IMG/VR virus record: IMGVR_UViG_3300027255_000165
Reading direction: 5' to 3' (one strand)
DNA length: 64,000 nucleotides
Source of the DNA: a virus
Taxonomy: Duplodnaviria; Caudoviricetes
Shown: positions 34,260 through 44,200 of the stretch, in pieces
Position numbering within the stretch: the stretch's first letter is position 1
Layout of the letters: every line of letters begins with the position of its first letter
The notes under the pieces: model-generated
What the model saw: only the letters and a program-made list of their open reading frames with translations
Told to the model about the DNA's origin: nothing
The model's database searches: none
Made by a program: the position numbers and the translations under genes

Positions 34260-35166
34260 TCAAGAATGATTCCAAGTCATCATCATCGCTCACCTTAGCA
34301 GTGCTTCCTGCTGGTTCTGAAGATACATTATCCAAGTCGAACGCAGCTTCTACTTCAGGAGTATATGCTTTCTTTGCAACGGGAGCTGATTTTGAAGTCA
34401 CAGCTGTCATTGCTTCGCTTGGGTTAACGTATTGACCAAGTACTGAATTTACAAAGTCACGTGTTTGATCGTCCCATACTTTGTATTCATATACTTCTAG
34501 CTTTGGAGCCTTATCCAATTCAGTCTTGATGGATGCCATCGCTTCCTTGGTACGTTCAGCTGCTTTACCATCTACGATAACTGCAGATCGAGAAGAAGAG
34601 AACTTAGACTTATCATAGTTGTTGTACTCGCCTTGGCGTGTAATAATCAACTCGAAGTTCTTACCTTCAAACAAGTCAAATACTTGAGTTGACTCGCCGA
34701 ATGAAGGCTTCAATTCCTCATCAATCTTTTCTTTGATCTTGTAACCAAATTTGAAGATCATGTATTGACCTTCTAGCTCAGGACGTTGTGGATCCTTGAT
34801 GATTTTAATGAGCGAATAGTACTGCTCACGGCGCTTTAGCTTTTCAGACATCTTGCGATCAACGGCTGAGTCTGATTTGCGAAGGCGAAAGAATGCATCC
34901 TGAATTGGACACTTTTCACCGACTGATGCAGGTGAATCGATCAAACGACCAGTGCCAGAGGCGTCAGTCATCCAATGGACATACTTGCGAACCAGTGATT
35001 TACGTGGGTTTTCAGGGTTTGGTACGAAGCGAATAAGTGCTTTGTAAGTACCGTCTTTACCGTCATCTGCGGTAGGTTTGTAGATAACCTCTTCTCGTGT
35101 GTTTGAGGCTGTCTCGTGTGTGTCTACGTCTGAGACACTCAGATTAAAAATGTCAAAATCTGCCAT
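34243..35166 (-). CDS. gp32: Single-stranded DNA-binding protein (T4 gp32-like)
   Basis: ALIRFVP, HW...CPI, FKFGYKIKEKI, DLFEGKNF and an acidic tail DDDDLESFLNDLDI. Confidence 0.88.
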   Translation of the reverse strand: MADFDIFNLSVSDVDTHETASNTREEVIYKPTADDGKDGTYKALIRFVPNPENPRKSLVRKYVHWMTDASGTGRLIDSPASVGEKCPIQDAFFRLRKSDSAVDRKMSEKLKRREQYYSLIKIIKDPQRPELEGQYMIFKFGYKIKEKIDEELKPSFGESTQVFDLFEGKNFELIITRQGEYNNYDKSKFSSSRSAVIVDGKAAERTKEAMASIKTELDKAPKLEVYEYKVWDDQTRDFVNSVLGQYVNPSEAMTAVTSKSAPVAKKAYTPEVEAAFDLDNVSSEPAGSTAKVSDDDDLESFLNDLDI

Positions 35167-35275
35167 GTTTCCTTTAAAAATTGTTAAACTTAAATTATCC
35201 CGTTAATGTGTCTTTTAGAGAAACTTTAACAATACTTATATCTACAAACCTAAGTTTGTTTCATAAGCATAGAAA

Positions 35276-35461
35276 TTACTTACTCCCGTTTGTCTCGTGT
35301 ACCGTACCGTCAGGTGCATGATATCCCGTGTCGCTAATCTTGACATAACCTGTCTTAGCTATGAAGGCTTCTGCTTCATCTTGTGTGATTAGCTTATAAT
35401 TGAGCATGCTGTCGACTATGTATAGCAGACGAAAGAACTCTACGGAAGTTAGTGTTTTCAT
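35276..35461 (-). CDS. Small hypothetical protein
   Basis: 61-aa ORF directly after a GATATATA motif. Confidence 0.5.
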   Translation of the reverse strand: MKTLTSVEFFRLLYIVDSMLNYKLITQDEAEAFIAKTGYVKISDTGYHAPDGTVHETNGSK

Positions 35462-35568
35462 ATTCTATATATCCCGCCCGTAGAGATTTGTTTACACCAA
35501 ACTTATTATCTGATTATATTTAATGGTCTCTGAAACAATCGGGCCCAGGAAGCATAGAAGGATTGGTT

Positions 35569-36204
35569 CTAATCCTGGGTTGAAGGTTGCAACGACAGTA
35601 AATACATTAAGAGGAAGGCAGCGTCAACCAAGTCATCTAAAGGTTTCACTAGTTTTTTCTCATCACGAAAGGGTTGACAAAAAGAATGAAATTCAGAGGA
35701 CTGAAAGGAGTCACTGTCAACAAATGCTTTCCACATCGCTTCTTTGTTCATGTTACCTTTGCCAGCAAACTTCTTGATTGCGGTTGGAGCAATAACGTCA
35801 AGGTCTTCAACGATTAAGGTTTCAATCAATTTACATTTAAGGATTGATGCAGCTGCTTGAAGATCCAGTAGTGAATTGGTACCAAATCTAGAAGTACCAT
35901 AAGAAGCACCCTCAAAATAAATCCTGTAAGGTTTAGATGGATCAGTGTGCTCAATGATCATTGCCATTAGATTTTCGGCAATGTTAATATGTCGATTAAC
36001 TCTAGTGAGTTCGTGTTTAGAAATATCAGGTTCGTCTTGAAAAACAAGACTAACGTCCGATAGCTTGGCCATCTCTTGTTGAGCGGCTTTATCCTTCTTT
36101 GTAGATTTTGTAGAATTTAGGTATGAAATCCAATGAGGTTTCCCATCCTTTAAAACACAAACACCTGGAGAATTAATAGAAAAGTCGATTCCGACGTAGT
36201 TCAT
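35569..36204 (-). CDS. RuvC-like Holliday junction resolvase
   Basis: GIDFSINSPG, YFEG, PTAIKKFAGKGNMNKEAM and DDLVDA. Confidence 0.8.
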   Translation of the reverse strand: MNYVGIDFSINSPGVCVLKDGKPHWISYLNSTKSTKKDKAAQQEMAKLSDVSLVFQDEPDISKHELTRVNRHINIAENLMAMIIEHTDPSKPYRIYFEGASYGTSRFGTNSLLDLQAAASILKCKLIETLIVEDLDVIAPTAIKKFAGKGNMNKEAMWKAFVDSDSFQSSEFHSFCQPFRDEKKLVKPLDDLVDAAFLLMYLLSLQPSTQD

Positions 36205-36575
36205 TAGAACATGTTTTTACCAAGACTTGCACCTAGAGCGGCGCCGACAAGTCTTGAAGTTAATAGATCGTACATCAAGCCCTTTTCAATACCAAGCGTC
36301 TTAGCCAGAAGTTTACCAACAGATTTACCAAGTGCAAAACCAGTTAGACCTCCTAAAATAGAACCCAGAACACCTTCATTCGTAAGTTCAACGTTAAACT
36401 TATCGATATCGTACGTACCGTCTTCGTTTTTATATTCAGCAAGAAATGCGTCAACAGCTGCGTCAACTCTTTCTTCGAGTTCGTCAGTCCATTCAGATTG
36501 CAATGACTCGTTAAGGGCATTCAATTCTGCCTCTGTAACGTTCTGTGCTTCAAGATATTCGATAAAAGTTCTCAT
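36204..36575 (-). CDS. CTS-like protein with a C-terminal glycine-zipper hydrophobic hairpin
   Basis: MRTFIEYLE N-terminus; C-terminal GVLGSILGGLTGFALGKSVG...LVGAALGASLG. Confidence 0.6.
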   Translation of the reverse strand: MRTFIEYLEAQNVTEAELNALNESLQSEWTDELEERVDAAVDAFLAEYKNEDGTYDIDKFNVELTNEGVLGSILGGLTGFALGKSVGKLLAKTLGIEKGLMYDLLTSRLVGAALGASLGKNMF

Positions 36576-36585
36576 ACTCTATATA

Positions 36586-37137
36586 TTAGTCTAATTCGTT
36601 AATCAAATTAAATTTGTTATAATAGAACCCACAATCAAACGTAGTGAATTCAGCAACATTCTGACTCATGTTTAATGATAGCTCATTGATACTGTTGTAA
36701 ATTGGCTTCTCAAAAACGGCGCTCATCACATGAAGACCCTCCGAATCTAGGATCTGAAGTTTCAAATCGTCAGTATAAGATTCTTTATTGTCACGGTTAT
36801 AATAGTACAATAGAGTGTCCGTCATAATCCAATAATTAATGAAACCATCAAGGAGTTGCATAGTTACAGTGAACTGCCTTGTGACTAGATTTTGAATTGG
36901 AATCAAACCACGCTTATAAGTAACGGTACCATCGTTAGGTGATTGTTCAACTGGATCGAAGGTTACACCTGGAATTGATATGCCTTGAATTGCATAGTTA
37001 ATGTAATCAATAGGTTCAGTGATCAAGTTACCTGGCATCCTATTCAAATAAGGACGGTACTTATCAGCCACCTCCTTAGGAATGAAGTTTCTTGGAAACT
37101 TAAAGTTGTATAAATTACTACGTGAATTTAAGATCAT
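36586..37137 (-). CDS. Tail tube / tube terminator family protein (gp3/gp19-like)
   Basis: QGISIPG, FTVT..L.DGFINYW, LQILDS and F...F.Y..F pattern. Confidence 0.65.
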   Translation of the reverse strand: MILNSRSNLYNFKFPRNFIPKEVADKYRPYLNRMPGNLITEPIDYINYAIQGISIPGVTFDPVEQSPNDGTVTYKRGLIPIQNLVTRQFTVTMQLLDGFINYWIMTDTLLYYYNRDNKESYTDDLKLQILDSEGLHVMSAVFEKPIYNSINELSLNMSQNVAEFTTFDCGFYYNKFNLINELD

Positions 37138-39155
37138 ATCACACTGTAAGTTCCGTGGTGAACTAATGTTTTAGTGCTACCATTCATAATAGAAATGGTG
37201 TATGTTACCGGGGCAGTTGATGCATTCTGCAACGACTTAGCAGTGGTAGCCTGATCTTGAGTTACTTTAAACATTACTTCTCCTTGGCTCAAATCAACAT
37301 CATCATAATTCATTTGATTTTCTATAGTTGCTCCAGAAATATCTAGAATAACTTTATCAGCACCTTCAAGCGAGATTGCAATCAAACTATCTCCATCCTT
37401 CTTAGCAATTTTGAATTTGATGAAGTTATCGTATGGACTAAGCATGAGATTTGATTGACCATCTGCGAAATAAGTTATTTCTGAAGAGTCAATAACTTCA
37501 TTATCTATTATAGTGACGTTAGTTGAACCCGTAACGATGTTCATTCTTTCAATAAATGTTGGAACGAATCTAACTTGTGTTTGAGGAAGAGCGTTTAAAT
37601 TAGATGAAATCTCTCTACTTTCCAATACGTTTGGTAGAGTATTATAAATCTTGAACAATCTATTTGAGGAAGGTAGGTTAACCTTTCTTAGTGATTTGCC
37701 ATACTTTCCAATCTCATAAGATGTGAATGAAGCTCTCTTAACAATTTGAGAATTATTCTTTTCATTATAAATTCTCAAAGTGTAGTCAATATTATATGCT
37801 ACAGCATTAGAAGAGTTCTGAATTACTGGTCTAAATGGAATTGACTGATCAAAGTTTTCTGCTTGAACAATTGACATCTCATACGTCTTATCAAAGAAAG
37901 ATGCAATCTGCTCATAAACTGAAATGTCATGGAAAACAGTGATGTCATCTCCTTGAGTTTGAATTCTACCATTAATGTAATTATCAAACTCAACAATTGA
38001 ACCGTTAATTGCACCGTACATTTCAAAGTAATCTCCATCAGAAGCTGGTTGTAGTACTGCCGTTATATTAGCATACTCATCTTCTCTAGAAAGAGTTAGA
38101 GTTACTTCTTCGCCCGTGTTAATGTAATCGAATCCTGTTGAAGTTTCAAATGAATCGATTAACTTATATGTAATCTCATAGTTAGCTGTAGGATCTACTG
38201 CATCAGCCCCAGTTCCAAAGAACCAATTCGCAAAACCAGGATCCATATTAACTAGTGATGGAATCTTAACCTCAATGAACTTTGAGTAAAGTGTTTCACC
38301 AATAATAAATGGCTTTGGGTTTTGAATCTCAAATGAAGATGAATTCAAATAAACGATTGAAGTAAAATATGATCTAACTCCAGAAACTCTAGGCGCTGCA
38401 ACTTGGAAAAGGAAACCCTGATACCCTCTGGCAGCGAATGAATAACCCGATTTAAGGTGAAGTCTTACTGTATCGTATGTAATTGTATTAGATGGAATAT
38501 CTACTGCATCTGCTTGGTCAATAGTGGTTGAATCATCACCTGTCCAATCAACGTTATTATCAATGTAATTGTTAGTTGAATCTAGTAAAGCGTATTTTGA
38601 ACCAGCTGTATCTGCCGAAACTGCTTGGTATCTTTCAACTTGACCAACTCCGGTTTTAATATCATTACCTGTTTCCTCATCGGCCGTTGCGTACAAAGGA
38701 TTTGCGGTATTTTGAACAGTGATTTTACCACCGATGAAATCATCGTATGTGTATTGATAGATTCCATTCACAGTTGGCGTGAATGTTAGAACTGAACCTA
38801 AAAGAATGGCTGAACCGCCACCTGAAATAGTGAATAGCGTAGGATCTGCTAATGTTGCTAGGTTAAACTTATACGTCTTACCATTTTCGAGCGTTAATGG
38901 TCTAGCTGCGAAGTTTTCAACTAATACATAAGCACCTGATGTCGTAATATCAAAGTTAACAACATTAGAACCTAACTCGTGAATCAAATGACGAGTACCT
39001 GATATAGAAGTAGTAGTATTTAATGCCTTAACATGAGAACCATTATCATCAATTTCAATCTGATAGTTCGCAATAGTGGCGACAGTTTGATCGTGATAAA
39101 TGAACTCTAATAGAACATCCTGATCTAATCTAGCGTATTTTGATGATTGTGCCAT
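37134..39155 (-). CDS. Virion structural protein, unassigned
   Basis: 673 aa, beta-rich and T/S/N-rich, in the tail cluster. Confidence 0.55.
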   Translation of the reverse strand: MAQSSKYARLDQDVLLEFIYHDQTVATIANYQIEIDDNGSHVKALNTTTSISGTRHLIHELGSNVVNFDITTSGAYVLVENFAARPLTLENGKTYKFNLATLADPTLFTISGGGSAILLGSVLTFTPTVNGIYQYTYDDFIGGKITVQNTANPLYATADEETGNDIKTGVGQVERYQAVSADTAGSKYALLDSTNNYIDNNVDWTGDDSTTIDQADAVDIPSNTITYDTVRLHLKSGYSFAARGYQGFLFQVAAPRVSGVRSYFTSIVYLNSSSFEIQNPKPFIIGETLYSKFIEVKIPSLVNMDPGFANWFFGTGADAVDPTANYEITYKLIDSFETSTGFDYINTGEEVTLTLSREDEYANITAVLQPASDGDYFEMYGAINGSIVEFDNYINGRIQTQGDDITVFHDISVYEQIASFFDKTYEMSIVQAENFDQSIPFRPVIQNSSNAVAYNIDYTLRIYNEKNNSQIVKRASFTSYEIGKYGKSLRKVNLPSSNRLFKIYNTLPNVLESREISSNLNALPQTQVRFVPTFIERMNIVTGSTNVTIIDNEVIDSSEITYFADGQSNLMLSPYDNFIKFKIAKKDGDSLIAISLEGADKVILDISGATIENQMNYDDVDLSQGEVMFKVTQDQATTAKSLQNASTAPVTYTISIMNGSTKTLVHHGTYSVI

Positions 39156-39171
39156 TTACTTTTTAATTTCT

Positions 39172-39933
39172 TTAGAACTGTAGCCATTTAGGTGACCAGC
39201 CCAACATAATACCAACGGTTGGAGTTACTGCAAGTCCAGTGGTACCGTTAGGAACAACTCCTAATCCGATTCCTGCACTTATGTTCCATCTACTTTTCTT
39301 TTGGTATGTATTCAAATCTTTATTTACAAGTTCAATTCCTTGAATATCGAAATTGTCAAATGGATATTTTGTAGCAAGCTTTAGAGACTTAACGCCTTTA
39401 ATATCTTCAACGGCCATCCATAATCTGATGCTTTGGTCAAGTGTGATAGTACCATTGACGGTTGAATCTTGAATCTTTCCAGTTACTTTTATATTTCTAT
39501 AACTTCCATCTCCATAGTCCTGATTATCAGATAAGATAAATGTTGAATCTGGCATTAGAGTTCCGTTAGCTAAAATACTATCTTTATCTCTTAATTCAGC
39601 TCTCAATAAAGAGTTAACATTCTTAAGATTTCTATTAAGGCTTAAAGATGAAACATAATCCTTGGTTAGCTTTGCATTAGCATTCTTTAATCCTTCAGCT
39701 GAGATTTGATAAGTTTTGATTTCAGCCTCCAAGAATCCTTTTCTATTCTTATAAACTTCAACAGTATCGTTAGCTGCTGCAATGTTAGCGTTAGACGCGT
39801 TTAATTCAACTGTGATTTCATCAATCTTTTGATTAAGCGTAGCGTTGCGGCTGCATTGTCCAAGCAGAAGAAGAACAACAATCACCAATCCGATGAAAGT
39901 TAAATTGTCTCTATTAAAGTCAAACTTAATCAT
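39172..39933 (-). CDS. Membrane-anchored coiled-coil protein, spanin-like
   Basis: N-terminal hydrophobic helix ending LLGQC, then a coiled coil and a C-terminal amphipathic beta hairpin (RWNISAGIGLG...GIMLGWSPKWLQF). Confidence 0.5.
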   Translation of the reverse strand: MIKFDFNRDNLTFIGLVIVVLLLLGQCSRNATLNQKIDEITVELNASNANIAAANDTVEVYKNRKGFLEAEIKTYQISAEGLKNANAKLTKDYVSSLSLNRNLKNVNSLLRAELRDKDSILANGTLMPDSTFILSDNQDYGDGSYRNIKVTGKIQDSTVNGTITLDQSIRLWMAVEDIKGVKSLKLATKYPFDNFDIQGIELVNKDLNTYQKKSRWNISAGIGLGVVPNGTTGLAVTPTVGIMLGWSPKWLQF

Positions 39934-39938
39934 CTTAA

Positions 39939-41255
39939 TTATCCTCCTACTGGTCCTCCGCCTAAAGAACCTGTGTAATATTGTAGGTTTGCGTTTCCAA
40001 GATAGATCATGAAACCCACTACTGCAGATCTCGGTGAAATGTCGTTATTTGCTGCCACTGAAGTTCCAGAAGTACTTGTCTGTAATTGCCCATCTGATGA
40101 AGAAACATAAGGAACATATTTACTAGTTGTACCGGTTGCTACTTGAGCGTATTGATAACCGGATCCATTGGCAACGTTATTAATGCTGTGATTGTGTTGA
40201 CCCGTTGTAATAGATTTAGTCTGTAGATTATCAACGTCATTGGTGCCAAAATATCCAGCAACTGATGTATTAGATGCAATACCTGATCCAACTGCTGCCG
40301 AATTAACGTCAGTTGAAACGCCTGCAAATGAAAGTGGAGATCCAACGTAACCAATTGGATAACGCTCTCTCATATCTGGTGTCTCAAAAGAGGTTGAACC
40401 AGTCACCCATGTTTTACCATAACAATAGTACCAACCTTCCCATGAACCGGTTCCTCTACCTACATAGTCATAATCGCCAACAGCGGGGTATGTACCAGTC
40501 CAGTTAACATTAGAATCTAATACAAATTTAGATACCATTACAATAGTACCAATCGGAACCGCGGTGGTTAAAGTAGCCCATGAAGCATTACCTGAAGCGT
40601 CAGATTTCAAATATCTGTTAGCCGCAGCACCTGAAGTTATCTTAAGGCTAGAATTTAATACTATTGCAGAATCAAACGTAGACGTTACAGCTCCTAAATT
40701 AACCTTGTTAACGCCACCTGACTTCAGAATTAGGTTTTCGCCATTAAATGTATAAATGTAGTCACCAGAACCTAGAGGTGATTTGTTGAAATTCAAAGTG
40801 AAATTGCCACCAGATTGACGAGACTCTACATCAACATAATAGGCTGAACCCATGTCTGCTAATCTCAAAGAGCCTGAAAGTCTACTATATAGTTTCAAAG
40901 GAACTTCATCTCCTAAATCTTCTGGAGAATCACCTGGCACAGTAAGGCTACCCAATATTATTGCAGCAGGAGAACCGTGTAATGCATCTGAAACCGGAGA
41001 TAATGAATAATAATCACTACTGTATTCTTCTCTAACAAAATAATCCGTTGCCGTTCCAGGTTCACCTTTAATACCTTGGGAACCAGTGTCACCTTTTTCA
41101 CCTTTAGCACCCTGTGGACCCACGTCACCTTTAGAACCGGTTAAGCCGATTGGGCCACCACCGTTTGCAACGATCTGGTCAAAGTTGTAATTAATCTTGT
41201 CCAGCTGGATGTTAGATGAATCTCCACTGAAAAGTTCTTTAATATTAATAGCCAT
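39939..41255 (-). CDS. Tail fiber protein with a collagen-like segment and a tail-collar domain
   Basis: 12 GXY triplets; VPIGTIVM...WYYCYG...TPDMRERYPIG collar motif. Confidence 0.75.
   Translation of the reverse strand: MAINIKELFSGDSSNIQLDKINYNFDQIVANGGGPIGLTGSKGDVGPQGAKGEKGDTGSQGIKGEPGTATDYFVREEYSSDYYSLSPVSDALHGSPAAIILGSLTVPGDSPEDLGDEVPLKLYSRLSGSLRLADMGSAYYVDVESRQSGGNFTLNFNKSPLGSGDYIYTFNGENLILKSGGVNKVNLGAVTSTFDSAIVLNSSLKITSGAAANRYLKSDASGNASWATLTTAVPIGTIVMVSKFVLDSNVNWTGTYPAVGDYDYVGRGTGSWEGWYYCYGKTWVTGSTSFETPDMRERYPIGYVGSPLSFAGVSTDVNSAAVGSGIASNTSVAGYFGTNDVDNLQTKSITTGQHNHSINNVANGSGYQYAQVATGTTSKYVPYVSSSDGQLQTSTSGTSVAANNDISPRSAVVGFMIYLGNANLQYYTGSLGGGPVGG
41049..41156 (-). repeat. Collagen-like (Gly-X-Y)12 coding repeat
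   Basis: GPIGLTGSKGDVGPQGAKGEKGDTGSQGIKGEPGTA. Confidence 0.9.
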
Positions 41256-41256
41256 T

Positions 41257-44200
41257 TTAGCTGCTTATTTTTACGTATACGTAGAACTGGTGTCTAAACC
41301 CAGGCCTTTTGTTATATATTAGTCTCACATTCAGAGGATGGTTAGGATCATACTCAACCCTAAAACTCTTTTCTTCTGGAATGTTAGTGTCTAAAATCTG
41401 TTGTAAAGAATCTGCACTTAATAGTTCAGATTGATTAATTGTCTTAGAAGGATTATTCCACAGTCTGACCTGTTCAATACCCATCAACTTCAATAGGTTA
41501 ACCTCGATGTATTCTTTAATATCATCGTTTAAGGTACTTTTATCACCGTAAGATTGTGCAACATCAACGTATTTTAGAAGACTTCTACCTGCACCGTCAA
41601 GTGTTAGAATTTCTGTAACACGGTTTTTTAAGTACAGGTCAATCCATACGTTTGATGAATCTTCCCACATTACAACGTCACCGTTATAATTGTTTAGTCT
41701 TTTGATATTCTGTAACTCTTCAAAGGCATTACCTCTTCTAATAGCATTAAAAGAAGTTAGGTCATAAGAGTCTTTAGGTAGGTTCAGGGTTGATGCTAGG
41801 AATGAACTCTCTTCGTATGCAGATAGAGTACCAAATACAAACTGTCTTGAAGACTGAGTGTCGTTGTTAACATAAAATCCATCTTCCCATGAAGATCTGA
41901 ATACGTTAAAGTCTCTTTTATCAATTGCAACCTCGTTAATTAGAGGATACGCTGGAGCACCATCACCCGATTGAGATAGTTTCAAAATACCATCGGCCTT
42001 GTCAGGATTTATTTTGTGGAAATAATAGTCCTTGATCAAACCATAATAGTCACTTCCTAGGTTAGCGTAAGAACCAAATGCAATACCTAAACGGTTAAAT
42101 CTGTCGTAAACTAATTTTTGTCTTTCGTCAGATGTTGTTGTAAGGGTTTGATTTAGTTTGTGATTCTTATAAATGTCAGTGAACCACGCCACCTTTCTCA
42201 TCAGGGGACTGTAATCTCCTCCCATTCTTAGAAGGTTAACGTTAACTGGTGTAGATAGTTCGGTGTTAATGTATCCAACCAATCCGCTCGAAACCTTGTA
42301 ACTCTTAGGTTTGTTTGGGTCTGCTTCAACTCTTAACTTAGACTTCTTAACGAAATCATTACCGTCTTCAATGTTAATGATAAAACGATTAGGTAGAATT
42401 GAACCGTCTTCTTCAACTGTGATGTATTCAATTCTTTCAGTGTCGTTCACATTTACCAGACCAGAAATGTAATTGATACCCGCCGCTTCAAAGGTAGATG
42501 TCGCTAGGTTATAACCACCCTGTAGGTATTGATAAGTAATAGAAGACGAAGTAACAATTGAAGATAGTGAAAGTTCAATTGAACTCGTTATATCAAAAAT
42601 GGTACCCGTAGAACTTGTTTCAACAACAATTCTATTATCTCCTAGTACGTCAACCACTTGTAGATTAAACGTATAACCGGCGTAAACAAATTGAATTTCG
42701 CCATAACCTCCACTAGGCCCAACTTGAATTTCACGATTGAAGAAGGTACCCTCTCCATAAACAGTTGTGTTTGTACCTGTAGTTTGTGCTGTTTCCCAAT
42801 CTAAATACCCAGAAACGTTTGAAGATACGTAGGTGGTAGGCGATGCATTAATAAAGTGATTAACCTCATATAACATCTTATGATTAACATAGGTTAATAG
42901 TTCGTCCGAAGAATTAATCTCAACATAGAACGTAACATTTTTCCACTTCTTGTTTTGAATAACCTTATATGAAACGGAATCTTCTGATTGTTGACCGTTA
43001 TAATTTAAGACTGCAGAAAACTTATATCCGTTAAAGTCAGAATTCGTTAATAGATTTCTCGGGTTAGTCTCAGTAAATTCTTTACGTGAGTAAAACTTAA
43101 TCTTTAGACCACGGAACATAGTTTCCGCTGGTGAAATAGAAGTACCCTTAATGACACTAGACCACTTTTTTGATAGAACTGTTGGAACCCAATCACTATT
43201 AATCTGAATACCTTCATACGTAAACAGTCTGTCAAACCAATTATCGTTAACATCTTGTAGATTAGACGCAGTTAGATTGATTGTTTCGTCAGGTTGTAAG
43301 TAACTGTAAAAACTTCTAATCACATTTCCCATTCCCGCTTGGGTTTGTGGAACACTAGTGTATTGTGGGTATTTGTAAAGATAGAACCATTCGTGAGTCA
43401 TTGACTGTGGAACTCTTCCAGTGACTGTGATGTCAGGCGAAAAGTTGGTTTTTCCAAATGATTCAGACGTTGATAGGAAATAAGGTTTGTCCTTAGAGTT
43501 AACCGAATCTTTATAGACCCACTTATTAATGGTAGGTACAACTCTCGATAGTGTTGAAGTTGAAGTCAGGTAGTTCTCTTTTAATCTATCGTATTCAGAG
43601 TTAATGTTAACTACACCACTTCCAAACGCCGTTACTGCATTATTAATACCCTCTAATTGTTTAAAATAAGTTGGATACGTTGTCGCAGTATAGGTCAGTG
43701 AATCGTTAAAGTGAACGGGATTAACTTGTGTATCGTAATCTTCGTACTGTAATTCTTTTGGATCGTTATTATCGGTTGAATTAAAGTTAAAATCAAAGTC
43801 CACAAAATCAAACATTTCAAACTTACCCCAGTCAATATATGAATCTACGTATAGATTAAATGATGTATCAAATAAGAGTTCAGGTCGTGTCTTTGACGCT
43901 GATAAACAAACGCGATATAAATTAGAGTAGTAAGGATCTTTAACAATGTCAATGATCTTATAGAAATCACCAGTCTTAACCCTGATGTAAGTGTTAGTGT
44001 CAATATCTCCAACCTCAGTCTCGCTAATCAAGAACCCAATACCTGAGTTTGAACCACCGATCGGATAGTAAACGTTCCAATCTGTGTAAACAGAATTGTC
44101 AAGTCCTAGTTTCTTGGTTACGTTATCAAACTCACCAACCTCAATCTCAAATGGATCTAAGGCATTAGTTGAGTGTGAACCAAAGAACGATCTGTATAGT

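Noticed and set aside
35523-35777. Plus-strand ORF and CCCAGGA/TCCTGGG hairpin as an antisense gene or sRNA
   Set aside because: It mostly overlaps the RuvC-like gene, has no recognisable protein features, and the hairpin partly lies in coding sequence. Evidence is insufficient.
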